DNA of 56,978 nt, the filler included, from Sphacelaria rigidula (Eukaryota), in assembly GCA_964200075.2 (NCBI GenBank). It is 7 parts of 7 records of this genome, joined end to end, with 100 filler letters (N's around TTAATTAATTAA, not from the genome) between each part and the next. Parts side by side here need not be neighbours in the genome. Positions count along the whole stretch, not along the records: positions 8,156 to 16,209 come from CAXNAA020012479.1; positions 16,310 to 24,363 come from CAXNAA020012480.1; positions 24,464 to 32,517 come from CAXNAA020012481.1; 4 more parts are not named here. The stretch is one strand, 5' to 3'. Made by a program: the position numbers and the translations under genes. Below the pieces are notes generated by a model. That model did no database searches and was not told the origin of the DNA. It saw only the letters and a program-made list of their open reading frames with translations. The stretch's first letter is position 1. Every line of letters starts with the position of its first letter. Below are positions 12,274 to 25,047 of the stretch, piece by piece.

Positions 12274-13250
12274 GCCCTGAGACCCCAGCGGAGCACGCCG
12301 CCGGCCTCTTCAAGGGTGACATTGCGCAAGTACGAGTGTGGTCCTCCCCTTGTTCGGATGCGTCTCTCCAGCGCATGGTCGGTCGATTGGGGGCATTGGA
12401 AGCTGACCCCACCCTCTTGTGTCTGTGGAAGTTCGATGAGGGAACCGGACCGTGCCTTCGTAATTCGCGGCCGCTTCAACCGCAAAAGGCCCCGCGGGGT
12501 TCGAAGGCAGGGACTACTGCGCCTGCCAGGGGAGCCGAGGGTCACGCCGATTTGCGAGGACAATGGTTGTGGGTCCCTTGCTTTGACCCGGACGACTACG
12601 TCGCTGGCGACTGCACCTCTACCACCCCGTCTTCCGTTTCCGTCTCTGCCGCTGATGCTGCCGTGACCGCCGCGGCCGCAAGCGGTGCGAATGAGGACGG
12701 GTCCCAGCACCGACCGGTACTCGAGTCACCGCAAAATATGTCCGTCGCAGCAGAGGATGGCTCCGCCGCCGATGGGTCAACGGTTACAGTACCCTCGCCC
12801 ACACTTGCAGCGCCCGCCGGCGGTGTTGTCGACCTCGCTCGGTCCCTCGGATGGCGATCGGTCTCCACTGCGGGGGACGAAGAGGACGACGAGGAAGGGG
12901 ACGCTTCGTATTCTGGGCGGACGGGGGATGACGACGAATCGCGCATGAAGCTTCTACCATCGTCGGCTGTCGGCGCGGGCGCTGCTGCCGCTGTCGCCGG
13001 CGCGTCGGCTGCGCTCAGCGCACGAGCCTCGATAGACGCGGCGGGTACGCGGGAGGTGTCTGCCAGGGAGGCCTTGCTCGGCGTACTAGGGAGGTTGTTC
13101 CAGCAGTGTTCCGTTTACCTGGAGCCTTGTCGAGGGGACCCGCTGGTGGAGCGAAGGCCGCCGCCGCGCTGGGCACGGCCGGAGGCGAAGGTGCAGCTGC
13201 AGCTCGTGCGGAGGGAGGAGCGAGCTCTGAAGGCGGTCGTGCAGCCCGAG
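12274..13250 (+). CDS. Same gene, end of LamG and linker
   Basis: atcag|GC phase-1 acceptor matches the preceding donor. Encodes LFKGDIAQVRVW...LLCLWKFDEGTG. GAG|gtgtgc donor. Confidence 0.82.
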
Positions 13251-13568
13251 GTGTGCTTACTGTTGTAGTGGCGGTGGCTGTTCATGTGCCATATGATAGT
13301 TTTTTTTCGCGAGCCCAAACGGTGAACATGCCGTGTGTGTTTCTTCATGTCTCTCCCACGCGGACTGTTCGGGGTTGCCTGAAACACCGCACATTGACCC
13401 GTCACATTGTCACGTTTTGCGGTGAATCCTGTGAATTTTAAACTCAGATTTCCTGCAGTCCTCTAGACTGTGCGAACGATTTGCTCGCGAGTTTTGCAGC
13501 CGTTCCCATCGCGTCTAATATTCCTGGGTGCACCGTCTCCTCCCACGTGGGTATCTTGCACTCAACAG

Positions 13569-15497
13569 ATTCGCACATATCTTCTTCTCCGAAGTGTATT
13601 GTGGCAGCTGGCGGCCATTGCCGAGGGCCTCCGGCCCGACGGGGATGACGACAGTGTTCCACCAACGCCGTCGCGAAGTAGAGGGTCAAGTTTCGGGTCT
13701 GCTAGACATTCGGCAGAAGAGAAACAGGGATCGATGCCGGCGGGCGCGGCCGGGTCGACTTGGGGTCCACGGGACCTGCTGGTCGCTGGCTTATGCACCT
13801 TACGCGTTCTCCGCGCGAACATGTACCATCTGCGGGCCGCAGGCGTGTCACCGGGCACTGTGGGGCTTGGAACCTCCAGCTCGCCCAACTACAGTTCAGG
13901 GGGGCGACGAGACCGGAGCGGGTTGGGTGCGGAGCACAAGCGGCGAGAGCGCAGTCCGTTCGCCGCCGGCCTGTTGTCGCTTCTTTTGGATTACGCTGGT
14001 GGTGTATTGGACGTGATCCCTTCCGTCAGGGGGGACGAGGACGATGAATCGATTGGCGGCGGCGGAACCTTGTTGACTGGCGCGGTGCGGCCCGTGGTAG
14101 AAGACAACGAAGAGATGAGCGCTCTGCGCAGAGCGGTGAGATACGAAGCAGCGGAGGTCGTGGGGCGTGGCCTGGATTTTTTCTTGCCTGATGCCGCAGA
14201 CAGGGTCAGTCTCTTGAGTGCGCTGCTGCGTCAGACCTGTGCGGATGATGGGGGTGGAGAAGACTGCGAGGAGACCAAGGAGGAAGAGAGACATGAAAAA
14301 TTTAGGTCGCGAGACACCCGGAGCGCATCTGCCGTGGCGGAGGCAGCGGCGATGGCTGATTCACCCTTGCCGGTAGATATGGACGAGGAGGGCTGCGGGG
14401 CCTTGTTGTCGGCGGTTTGTGGGGCCATCTGCTCGGACCCCGACCTGCTCCTTTCCCTCGTGCCAGAGGTCGTGAGGCCACCGCTCACGGTACGAGATGT
14501 ACCATCCTATGTGGCTTCTAAGCTGCGCTCAGCAGAGAAGGCTCAGGCACAGGCGCTGCAAAATCGAATGCTGAAGGAGGCCGCCTCGGCAGCGTCGTCA
14601 ACATCACCCGGAAGCGGCGGCGCAGGGGGCACCGCCCCCACAGGTTCTGCCTCACCCCGACCGGCTCCGCCTTCCCGCACACGAGGCGGGGCAGGTGGGG
14701 ATACAGACGACGCGGACGGGTTAGGATTGTGGAAAACTGGCCCAATGGCAGGTCTCCCACGAACCGGAGATGTCGTGGTGCGCGGCCCGGACTGGGTCTG
14801 GGGTGCGCAGGACGGCGAGCCGGGAGGTCGCGGACTGGTGGTGGGGTTGGCAACATGGGGTCGGGCGGCGGCGCGCCGCGGAGATGGCCGTGGACCTGCC
14901 TTATCGGGTCCTGGCGACCGCGCAGACCAGCACCAGCACCGCCAGCAACGTGGCGACAGGAACGCAGTCCGTGTGATGTGGGAAAAGGGTGCCATCAACG
15001 TGTATCGTTGGGGTGCTGTAGGACGCTCTGCGGCGTCGGTATCCTCGTCTGCAGCAGCTTGCTCTGCGAACAGCGACGATGGCCGTCGCAAGCCATGCTA
15101 CGACCTCAAGGTGCTACGAGCACCCGCCATTATCCAGGGCGAAGCGTCACGAGGCGAGGGTGGAGCTAAAGCCGCCGCTGGCGGTAGTGAAAGTGGCAAA
15201 GGAGGCGGCAAAGGAGGCAGCAAGGGTGAAAAGGGTGACAAAGGTCATCATACACCAGGCGCCGCTAGCAAGGAGCATGCTGTGCGCGGCGAGCTAAAGT
15301 GGTCTGCGGCGGATGTCGATGCTGCGCTGTTGCCGCAGGGAGACGGCGTCAAGGATAAGGGCAGTGGGCAGGGTGAGCAGAGCGGCGACACGGCCGCGCC
15401 GACCGCTCGGGAGGTGTTACGATTTATAAAAAATAACGCCCCTCAAGAATGGAGAGAGCCGCGGCGTATCACTGGCGCGGAAAACGCGCTAGTCAAG
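13569..15497 (+). CDS. Same gene, exon with MIB/HERC2 domain
   Basis: caacag|ATT acceptor (alternative at 13467) and AAG|gtgagt donor. GDVVVRGPDWVWGAQDGEPGGRGLVV...VRVMWEKGAINVYRWG...YDLKV is the Mib_herc2 signature. Confidence 0.85.
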
Positions 15498-15860
15498 GTG
15501 AGTGTGGTCTAGTTCTTGGAGGATGCGGAAACCAATCCAAACGTAGGGTTGTTGTGGTTCATGGGTATTGATTGTGAGCCGAAAAAATGAGGGTCACGTT
15601 CACGAGTTGAAATCAAGACATGGTCATTAATTAACGCATCATGCTGTAACAGTGTTTCGTTGCATGTGAGGGGCGCTGGAACGCTTCGTTGCTCTTTTAT
15701 TCGTCTGATACGCACACGCACGCACTGTGCATCGGGTGAAGAACATCTGTTGGTGGGAGCCGTGCGGCATATGCCTCTGGTATGGCCATTGAAATAGCAT
15801 CTTGATTTGATATATTTTTATGATCTGCGCACCTCAAACCACTTTTTTTGGTATGGCCAG

Positions 15861-16016
15861 CTGCACAAGCCTGAAGCTGTGGCGCGATTCTACCGGGAGT
15901 TCATCGAGCATTTCGGGAAGACTTTCATGCCACCTCCCAAGCGTGGGTCGGCAAGACGGAGATCTGCGTCACCCGAGGACCTCGTGCAACAGGAGAAGAT
16001 GCAAGAGCTTTCCACG
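15861..16016 (+). CDS. Same gene, next exon (gene continues beyond the contig)
   Basis: ggccag|CTG acceptor and ACG|gttcgt donor, phase 0. Encodes LHKPEAVARFYREFIEHFGK... Confidence 0.65.
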
Positions 16017-16209
16017 GTTCGTACATTGAGGCGCCATCGCGATTGAGCTGTTGCACCACCTGGTGGAGGTCGAAAACAGCGTGACAAATACATGACTCTT
16101 TGCACGACTAACTTCGTGGACTCTTTGGGGGGGGGGGGTCCTGACATTTTCACCAGTTGGAGAAGTTTGTTTGACAAGCAACAAGCAACAACAAACCATA
16201 CAAAAAACT

Positions 16210-16309
16210 NNNNNNNNNNNNNNNNNNNNNNNNNNNNNNNNNNNNNNNNNNNNTTAATTAATTAANNNNNNNNNNNNNNNNNNNNNNNNNNNNNNNNNNN
16301 NNNNNNNNN
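16210..16309. other. Artificial contig linker
   Basis: N44-TTAATTAATTAA-N44. Confidence 0.99.
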
Positions 16310-16513
16310 CACATGTGGACTGCGCGGCCCAAACACCCACCCCACCTCAAACAACCACCAAAAACAACTTACCCCCCCACCCTGCTTCCCTTCCCCCCCC
16401 CCCCCTGCCTAATATGGCATGCATGATCATGAGTACACCCCCCCCCCTCCCCCGCGCCTCCAGACCATGGGAAGGGGACACTGCATTCACAGATCATCCT
16501 CTTCGTCTCTTGA

Positions 16514-18497
16514 TCACTCTTTACGATGGGGAGATGCTTGCCGCCGGCGGTTGAGCTTGATCGCCAATCTCCTTTCACCCAAGTTCGTAACCATATCGAG
16601 CACGCCCCAGTCTCGAGGGCTGCACCTAGAGCAAACGGGCAATTTTGGGGTTAGATTCCTCGCATGGAAGTGTAGCCTCGAGAGGAACATGGGAAGTGGG
16701 ACAATACGGGGGAAATATCAGTCTCAATTGTCCTTCAAATATTCTTCTGCGAGCAGATATATCTCATCAAACGTCCAGTTCTCATTCCGCTAACACTCAA
16801 CTCCGTAAATTTCTTCTTTTCACAGGAAAAAAAAATCAAATCAAATCATGAAGCAATTTCTCGCACAAACCCCCAACTGAAATACCAGCCAATATCCCAC
16901 ATCGTGATCAAAAACTCGGCGAGTATCGTATCATCTCCAGCCTGCACTCTCGCGTATCGTCCCAGACATTTCCACATTCAGCCATTGCAGTTCTCATGCT
17001 CCTGCCTTAACAGTTGTGTCTTCACCGTACTTTTGTTTTCAGTGCAACAGTTAATCGGATATCAACCTTGCTGTACTCTTGTTTCGCTTCAAAAACAGAC
17101 ACACCGTTGTTGCTGCGCTACTGCGTTCGCTCCAACAGCCAATAAAATTCGGTACACATGTATTCCGTGTCCATTCCAACAGTCGACAAACATCTCAAGC
17201 TGTGCTCACGAGCCTTGTCAACAAACAACCAACACGTCGATGCACAGCACCATCCACAGGTCAAGGGATTCTTCCACCGGACCAACCAACAGTGTCTGCG
17301 GAAATAAACTTTCGTACGAAAACCCCAAACACTGTATTTCAAAACGCGCTCCTCGCTACACCCGATTAGTTCAACCTTCCTGCAATACAAAGGTCAATGC
17401 GTGCATACTGCAATTTACTGCTGTTTCCTCATCAGATTGCACGTCCCAAGATGGCTATTATCATCATTTCATCGTTTCCGAGGCTATGCCTCGTATCTTT
17501 GCACCATGTGTATGTATAATCCATACAGTACTCGTGCACCGCCTCGATCTGTGTGTCAGCCCGAATAACTAAACATTAATAGCGTCTCACAGGTCGGAAT
17601 GTCTCATCTCTTCTTCCGAAAAACTTGTCCGACCGAGAGAGGACACTTTGCGCGGCATGCCAAGCGTTCTCCGGTCACAACAGTCCCTTCTATTCAAATC
17701 TCGACTACTACAGACAGTTCTCTGTTGGAGACGTGATCGCAACCTCCTTCTCTCTTCTGTGCAAAACCCGACTATAATAATATGACAGTCTCCTGCTATT
17801 GAATGATTTGGACAGTCTTTTCGTACTGCCGAAACACGAAGAGCATACCGTAGGGTGCATACGATGTCACGCCCGTATGATAATATTTCGGGCGTGAAAA
17901 AAATATGACACTGGGATGATTTTGTGTGTGGGGTGTGATATCTTCTGTCACCGAAACCCATGCGTTTTTTTAAAGAATACCACACGGGATTTGAAAAAAG
18001 TGGCACACGGGTGTGGCATTATTTAATTTTTCGGAGGAGGTGTGGTATTTTATGGAGATATGATATCTCCTGCAACCTACGGTACATCAGTACTTCAAAA
18101 CGCTTCTCTGTCTGTATTGGAACACACTGGTGGGCTATGATTCTTGTATGCCTGCCGCCACCATCCCGCTTCCTCCCTGTCAACGTCACCGCAACTAGTC
18201 TAAACCCACCAGACAAAACAATCCTAAAACCATGCGGACCACCATGGGAATTAAAAACACCTCGGCTAAAACGGTACACCCCACTCCGATAGCAACAGGC
18301 ATGATTACAGTAGTAGGGTACTCACGTCCGGGGCCAGTGCCCCCTGATGTACTTCGTCCAACCCCTGTTCGCATGCCGCGCGAACCACGCCCGCTCCCCG
18401 CACGGTCGTGTTGCCGCTGAATGACTGAATCAAGCCTCCGAGCGGCCGGCACTTGTAGTGCCGTGGTACTCCTACCCCACTTTGGGTAAGACGCCAT
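16514..18497 (-). CDS. Candidate three-exon gene for an unknown Arg/Ser-rich protein of about 149 aa (exons 18497-18326, 17756-17591, 16625-16514)
   Basis: All exons follow cag/tag acceptors, both donors are gtgag, and phases 1 and 2 join into one frame from ATG to TGA. No recognisable domain. Confidence 0.4.
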
Positions 18498-18687
18498 CTG
18501 CCACAGCGCTGGCGGGCTCTGCTCATGAGCTCCTTTCGATTATATCCTCTGTCCTACAACACCGTCGTACATTGTATCATCTCACCTTGCCTTCCAGAGA
18601 TAGTGGAAAAGTCATGCTGGGAGTGACCACTCGTCGGTGCCATCTTGAAGGTCTGCTGGCAGAGCAACGCTACAGGCTGGTTCATGC

Positions 18688-18724
<37 letters not shown>

Positions 18725-18930
18725 CTGTCGTCCCATTTGTTCTGGACGCCGGTCTACACCTCTCGGTATATGTGGGCGCATCAGCCGGGGTCACACAGGA
18801 GGAAGACCAACACAGGGGTTTCGTTTTTGTCTTCGTTTTTAATTCTCCACCTCCCTTCTGCGGTGCTTGCCTTTACTTTTTATCGCGGCAGGAGTTCAGC
18901 AGTCCCATTCCCTCGTCGACTATTAAGTCG
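18688..18930 (-). mobile_element. 5'-truncated copy of SINE family A with (CA)n tail
   Basis: Reverse complement matches 38850-39062. (GT)n at 18688-18720 is the tail. Confidence 0.75.
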
Positions 18931-20429
18931 AAGCCACCCAAAATTGTGTCATCAGCAAATGCCTTTCGAAATACCTACCCAATAGCCGCAAACATGATGT
19001 CATACTGACCGTCATGGACAGCTGAAGAGCGTGATATAGTCGGATATATGTTCAAGGCCATAATGGTGGCGCTCAGGGCGAACAGGTACCTCGATCGATC
19101 AGCGCCCTTCAAATTGTTCTGAGATCGAAAATACGAATTCCAAGCCCAATTCTCACCCAATCTCCACTTCCTTCAAATCGTAGTAAGCGCCATCAGCCCG
19201 AGAATCTAACGGAAAGAACGGAATTGAAAACGGTTACTACGGGGTTCCTTTATACTTCAAACCGTGGTGTTTCGGCGATGTCGGTTTTGGCGTCGTCTAA
19301 TTTCCACTTATGATACCGACGAAAGACCCAGGGAGACTCGCCACGGTTTCCATTGTGTCTATCGTAGAGAAGCTCAAATCGCCCTCATACTCGGCAGTTT
19401 CGTAGGCATTGATGCGTCAAATGGAAAAAATGCGTTCTTGACAATGTTTCGAAGTTTCTCCGTTCTTTACTGGCTTCCGGGGGTCCCAGTGGCAACACCC
19501 CCGGAAGGCGGTACAGAATGCCTCCAAAGAAAGACATGAAACGATGCGTCCCAGGGTAGTCCAAGGAACATATGTACAAAGTTTGGTCGAGGAACTAAAA
19601 AAAAACATACACGTTTCTCACCTCAACTTTAAACACACCCAAAAAAGACGAATGCATCCTAACACCAAGTAGTCAGGCGTTTGAACGTTTCGAGCTCACG
19701 TCATTGCACAAACGCGCAAAACTTCACGCCATTCTCAGGAGTTACCTGAAACTATGCACAAATGTGCCATGGGTCCCTAAGCAACTCTCGATGAACGAGA
19801 TTTTTTTTTAATTCTACTTCTTAGCCGTTTTTCGGGTCCGACGGGATCCAAGTTTCCCCAGAAACCCCTGGGATCCCCAATAAACGGTGGAAAAAGTCGG
19901 GAAACAAAAAACCTCAGCCTTCCACAGTTGCGTAACGACCCGCAGCAAAATTGGGCAAAAAAACAAGGTTTAACTCATAAAGCGGCGTGAAGTTTTGCGG
20001 GTGAGCGTTTTCAGATTGATGAGCGTGATTCAGCCTGTAGTATATTGGACAGTTCAGGCACCAGCAGCGATTCGACCAATATTTATTGCGAATAAGAGCT
20101 CGTGGCTGGGGTTGCCAGGCAAGAGTGTGCGGTGGGCGACCACACACCCCACGTGGGAACTGCACATTCACACACGTCCACGACACACCATTCACGGTAG
20201 TGAATCCCGCCGCATGTAACTGTCGAAACACATCATTCAATGCGCCGATACTACATCGCACTTCCCAGCATCGTAAATCCTACTTATTACTCTGTTCACA
20301 CGAAGACAAGCGACCCATCAGGTGCCTCATCTTCACCTTCGTGTCTCGACCTGACAGAAAATTCATCATTACACCACACTGTTGTTTTTCAAGGAGCTGA
20401 GGCCTCAAGCCATGTGCACGCTTGCAAGG

Positions 20430-20975
20430 TTGTGTTCTGTAGGGTACGGTTTTCTACATACCCGGGGTATTTTCCCGGGTACTTACCGTACCCGACAGTT
20501 TTGTGGCTTCTGTGAGACTTTCATACCGGTGCCCGGCAGTTCTGTAAACACTGTAAGACTTTCATATAGTTACTCGATAGTTCTGTGATTTCTGTTGGCC
20601 TCGCGTACCGTGACCGGGGGGAACCCGGTTGCAGGTACGATTTTCTGTCCAACCTCCATACCCTACCCGACAGTTTCTGTGACTTCTGTAGGCCCTCCAT
20701 ACCCTTACCCGACAGTTCTGTGACTTCTGCACAGAATATCTACCCGTACCCGGAGCGCAGGTAAACCCTCCAAGAAATACCCGATTGCCGGTACGGTTTT
20801 CCATAAGCCTCCCATACCCTACACGACAAGTTCCGTATTTTCTGCGAGACTTTCATGCAGTACCGGTACCCGACAGTTCTGTGGTTCTGTAAGCCTCCCA
20901 CACTCCTACCCTAGGTCGAGGTATAACGTTGTAAATACACCCGATTGCAGGTACGGGCACAGGTATGTACCTTGG
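20430..20975. mobile_element. Non-autonomous element built from TACCCGACAGTTCTGTG sub-repeats
   Basis: The motif tacc(c/g)tacccgaca(g)ttctgtg recurs about 5 times. A degenerate relative lies at about 50670-51600. Confidence 0.6.
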
Positions 20976-21092
20976 GAAGGTGAGGATATAGGTTCGGGGT
21001 TCTCATCTTCATCAAAACTCGCCATACCTCCGCTGTGCATCCACCCATCCTCGTCGATAGCATCCGCCGCCTTCTCGGGGTGTTGCATGTAT
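20971..21092 (-). pseudogene. Isolated exon of a long-chain acyl-CoA synthetase (AMP-binding enzyme)
   Basis: atatag|A TAC acceptor. YMQHPEKAADAIDEDGWMHSGG matches GY..pekT.eaid.dGWlhsGD, with the conserved Asp replaced by Gly. No other exons recognised in the contig. Confidence 0.65.
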
Positions 21093-21554
21093 CTATATTT
21101 AGTAAGAAAACCCAAACGTTGAGGACCTGGACATGTACCTCCCATCCATCAACCCATCCTACTCCTTAATCCAACATTACATCAACAAACATCCAAAGTA
21201 GGAAAATTCTTTGGTTTGGCAAATGATGGGTTACGAGGTACTGCTGAGAGAACATACGAAACATGAGCAGCACTGCAGACCGTCAGGATGGATCACCCCC
21301 AGGCTCGAGTGGTGGCTCGAGCGGGGGTGGTTCGTCTGTGCCACCAAGGGGGTCAGGTAGCAAGACGCACATCATGACCTTGATGGTGCTTGTGTCGTGG
21401 TCGTCAAAGCACATCGACATGCACGGCGACAAGTATGAGTCGCCACCGGAAGTCGTCAAGGCCGTCGACGATTTTGTGATGCCGAAGGCGCGTTAGTTTA
21501 CCACTTGGGAGGGGTGAAAAGATTATCGGGAGTATAAAATTTCAAACAAACCAT

Positions 21555-21720
21555 AACACTAACACCAACCCTAACCCTAACCCCAACGAAGACACACGGA
21601 GAACCCTCGGGCAAGGGGGTGCAACGTGTTCCCTAAGCAAAGTATACGTCGCCAGACCTCAAATCGGCGCGCCAGGCGCCGATATCGACAAAAACGCGTT
21701 ATGTGCACGTTAGGAGCACG
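21555..21720 (+). repeat. Dispersed repeat with CCCTAA-like tract (other copies 36345-36520 minus, 44395-44560 plus)
   Basis: Shared order of blocks: ctaacccc(a)ac tract, cc(c/t)cg..caaggg, aagt.t.cgt, aaa.cggc..cgccg, caa.aa. Confidence 0.6.
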
Positions 21721-22463
21721 ATTGGAGCACAGCTCCATTAAAGATCCGGATTTCGATGTCCACACTAGAATCAAGTCGGACTAACTCGGAGCTGCTCACC
21801 CGTTCCGAGTGGTGAACTATACCAGCCGAAGGGCTTCCAGAGAGCGGGCAGCCGTGGGAGCTCCTGCATGTACTCTGTGGGAATGTACGTGAAGTCAATA
21901 GGTGTTGACGATCCCGTGCACATGTACTACTGCGAGTGTTTGTGTAGTCTTTCTGTATCGACCCCCGTGAAGCCGCTCAGAAATGTTCGTGAACAATCAT
22001 ATGTAGTTCGCCACTGTTATGGGTAGGAATGGGGACCGATTTTGGGTACTATATTCCTGGAAAGTGCAAGCTGAACGCTATATGCGTCAGAAGTGGCCAG
22101 TAATCCAACGAATCACATCAATGGAAAATACACGTGCCACCTACAAATAACGATCTGGCTCACATGAAATAAACTGTATTTCTAGTACATTTAATCAAGC
22201 CTGGGAGTGGTTGGTGTTGAGGTGATATTGTTCCTCCGGAAAGCTCGCTCCACATCAGTAGATCAAGAGATGGACAACGTTCTTGCACTACAGTAGTCAG
22301 CGTCAGAAGTATGCGGAATTCGTAACTTCTTAGTTTCCCGAAGATTTCCAAATTGGTTTCGCTTGCCACCGTTCATCACAGTGACTGTTGGATATAAAAA
22401 AATGGGCATCTGGAGATATTTTTATCCTCTTGACAACTATCGAAGAAAAAATATCTGCGATCA

Positions 22464-23113
22464 ATATTGAGTGACTTACGGGCTTGACCGATCTTCGGGG
22501 GTCCTGCGGAAGTGCAACCCCAGGTTCTAGCTTTTCGGTATTTTCGATGGACCGACTTGATCCCGATTATATGAGTGAAGACTCAAAAATGATTTTTTTT
22601 TAAATTACACCCATTCTCTGCGCCAAAGCAGGAGAACTATGTTTCTTGGACCATTCATGGTCAATAACACCCTCCTGATAAACGGGGTCTTCACTCCGTA
22701 TCGCCCCCACAACACCAACTTGGGCATTGTGATACGAGCACGGTCTGTTTCTTTCGCCAAAACTGTCTACCCTAGCACTTTCGAGTGCTCATGGAAAATG
22801 TTGTGCGAAACCCCCCCGAAAAGAGGCCATCCGCAGGAAATGCTAGACTGAGGTCTGTGCAGTATAGGAGGGGAACACGATCTCGATCGTTATCATGAAG
22901 AATTGTATACGTATTCATTTATCTGAATGTTTACCGTTTTGTTGCGGAAGAGGCGGAAAACTATTTTTTTGGACCAAAAACGGTCAATAACACCCTCCGG
23001 ATAAACGGGGGTATCTAGTCCGTATCGCCCCGAAAACACCAACTTGGGCACTGCATTTCGAGCGTGGTCCACGCTTTCCCCCTAAATCTACCGGCGCTGG
23101 CACTTCCAAGTAC
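22464..23113. repeat. Dispersed repeat with an internal duplication, homologous to 7250-7575
   Basis: ggtcaataacaccctcc.gataaacgggg...ccgtatcgcccc..aacaccaacttgggca occurs at about 22659 and 22982. Confidence 0.75.
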
Positions 23114-24209
23114 TAATGAAGAATAGTACTCGAGAAAAATTCGAAAACTACAACAACTACGAATTCCGAAGACTTCTGATGCTGACTACTATAGCTAGTG
23201 TCCTGCTTCTGTCTGTACCACTCGGGGAGCACACGCCCCCGAGCTGCCACCCCACGTTTACCGTCATTGCGAAGATAACAACATGAAAACACGAACAGCA
23301 GCTCTTGTGGCCGCCACACACCAACGAAACTGCAGTGAAAGGCGCGCTTGACATGGTGCTAGAACAAAAACGTACGGAAATTTGGGGATCATGAACAGCA
23401 GCGTCGCGCATGCGAAAACTGCTGAGAACGATGTTGATGATGACGATCAAGAGCTTCACCCTGTGTGAATTGGCTGCGCGCTGCATGTCCTACACACAGC
23501 TGTGACTGCGGGATTGAAGAATGAAATTTTCATGGGCCCCATGGGGTCAGGGTCATGGCATGAGTGGAAGTAATCCCATCTTGTTAGTCGCTTGGGCACG
23601 GTCTGGTTCACTCTGTTCAGATCAACATCTTCAACGTCAATTTTCCCCCGATTTCAAGATCTCGTAAGGGACGAAGTTGGACAAACGTGACAAAAAAACA
23701 ATTGTGAGGCCGGCAGAGACGGGATGGATGGTGATATGGGAGGGGGCGACGCTCCTCAAATGAGGTGAATTGGTTAGTCACCGACTGCGCTCCTTCCCGC
23801 CTGTGTAGTGTCCCGTTCAAACGGCAAGTTCGCTGAAATCGCATAGCTTACATGTTATTTGCAATATGAACAGGCAGTCACGTCAAACATCGTTGCTCAG
23901 CCGACCCGGTCTTACATGGCCAGTGCGCCATCGAAAATAAGAACCGCTCTAGACGTCTTGGGTTCTGCCTCGAAACCGTCCGCCACAAGACAGCCGTATT
24001 CCATCTGTGAACTCGTCCTCTACAAGTCAAGGGATAGAAGGGCATTCGCTCATGATACATGAGGATCCTTTGTGCACATTCCCACAGAACAGAGCAGCAC
24101 ACGGCGGACCGCCACCGAAGCAAATGTCATGACACTTGTTGATGCAAAAAAATAACATTTGGTCGAAGATGCAAGTTGGCGCAAACCGCATGGTTTACAT
24201 ATTCGAGCC

Positions 24210-24363
24210 GCCGCGCCCCCGGTGGTGCAATGGTCCGACTGCCGCCATTGGGGTGGAGAGAACAGGGGTTCGATTCCCGACGCGTTGGGTTTTTTCTTCG
24301 TAGTACATGATTTCCACTGTGGAAAGCGTGAGAACGTGAGTAAACAAAGTAGTCGACTGGGTT
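24210..24363 (+). mobile_element. tRNA-derived SINE family B head, cut by the contig end
   Basis: A box TGGTGCAATGG (24223-33) and B box GGTTCGATTCC (24267-77). Homologous to 31120-31255 on the minus strand. Confidence 0.7.
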
Positions 24364-24463
24364 NNNNNNNNNNNNNNNNNNNNNNNNNNNNNNNNNNNNN
24401 NNNNNNNTTAATTAATTAANNNNNNNNNNNNNNNNNNNNNNNNNNNNNNNNNNNNNNNNNNNN
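24364..24463. other. Artificial contig linker
   Basis: N44-TTAATTAATTAA-N44. Confidence 0.99.
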
Positions 24464-24912
24464 GTGGGGAAAGCACTGTTTTGGGCTTGAGCCTCATCTC
24501 GAAGTTAAACCTCAATTCGCACAATTTGTTGTTGTATATCTTTTCCAAATCATTCCGCGGTAGGGCTGCATATTTCTCCGAAGACATGCACTGCCGGCGC
24601 ATCCGAATGTGAACAACAAATAGTGTTAAGTATTCCTCACCTACTAACCCGTATGACCCTCGAACAATGTGCATGTTCACAAGTCCATATGATGGCTGTA
24701 GCAACCTGGGCATAGGGAACATGAAGTAAGTATATACTTACTCCAGGTGGTTCCACGGAAGGGCTGCATATTTCTACGAAGATGTGCCGTAATGGAGAAA
24801 AAATGAACAGCATTCAGGTATCCTCACCTGGTAACCTGGCCATGGTACAATGTGCATGGTCACAAGTCCGGACGTTGGCTGTAGGAACCGGGCATACGGA
24901 ACACGAAGTAAG

Positions 24913-25047
24913 GACCCGTGCGATTCGTACATATATGTCGGATGATAATCTGTATGACCCGTGTGATTCGTGCATACATGTCTGATGATAATCTGTATGA
25001 CCCGTGTGATTCGTACATATATGTCTGATGATAATCTGTATGACCCG
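24913..25047. repeat. 43-bp minisatellite, about 3.1 copies
   Basis: Unit gacccgtgtgattcgtacatatatgtctgatgataatctgtat starts at 24913, 24956, 24999 and 25042. Confidence 0.9.

Noticed and set aside
21569-21584. CCCTAACCCTAACCCC as a telomere
   Set aside because: Only two units, internal to a dispersed repeat.
24210-24285. tRNA gene (also 38702-38770)
   Set aside because: A and B boxes are present but there is no convincing cloverleaf, and each continues into a repeated body, so they are SINE heads.
24913-25047. 43-bp repeat as a mini-CRISPR
   Set aside because: Head-to-tail units without spacers; this is a minisatellite.
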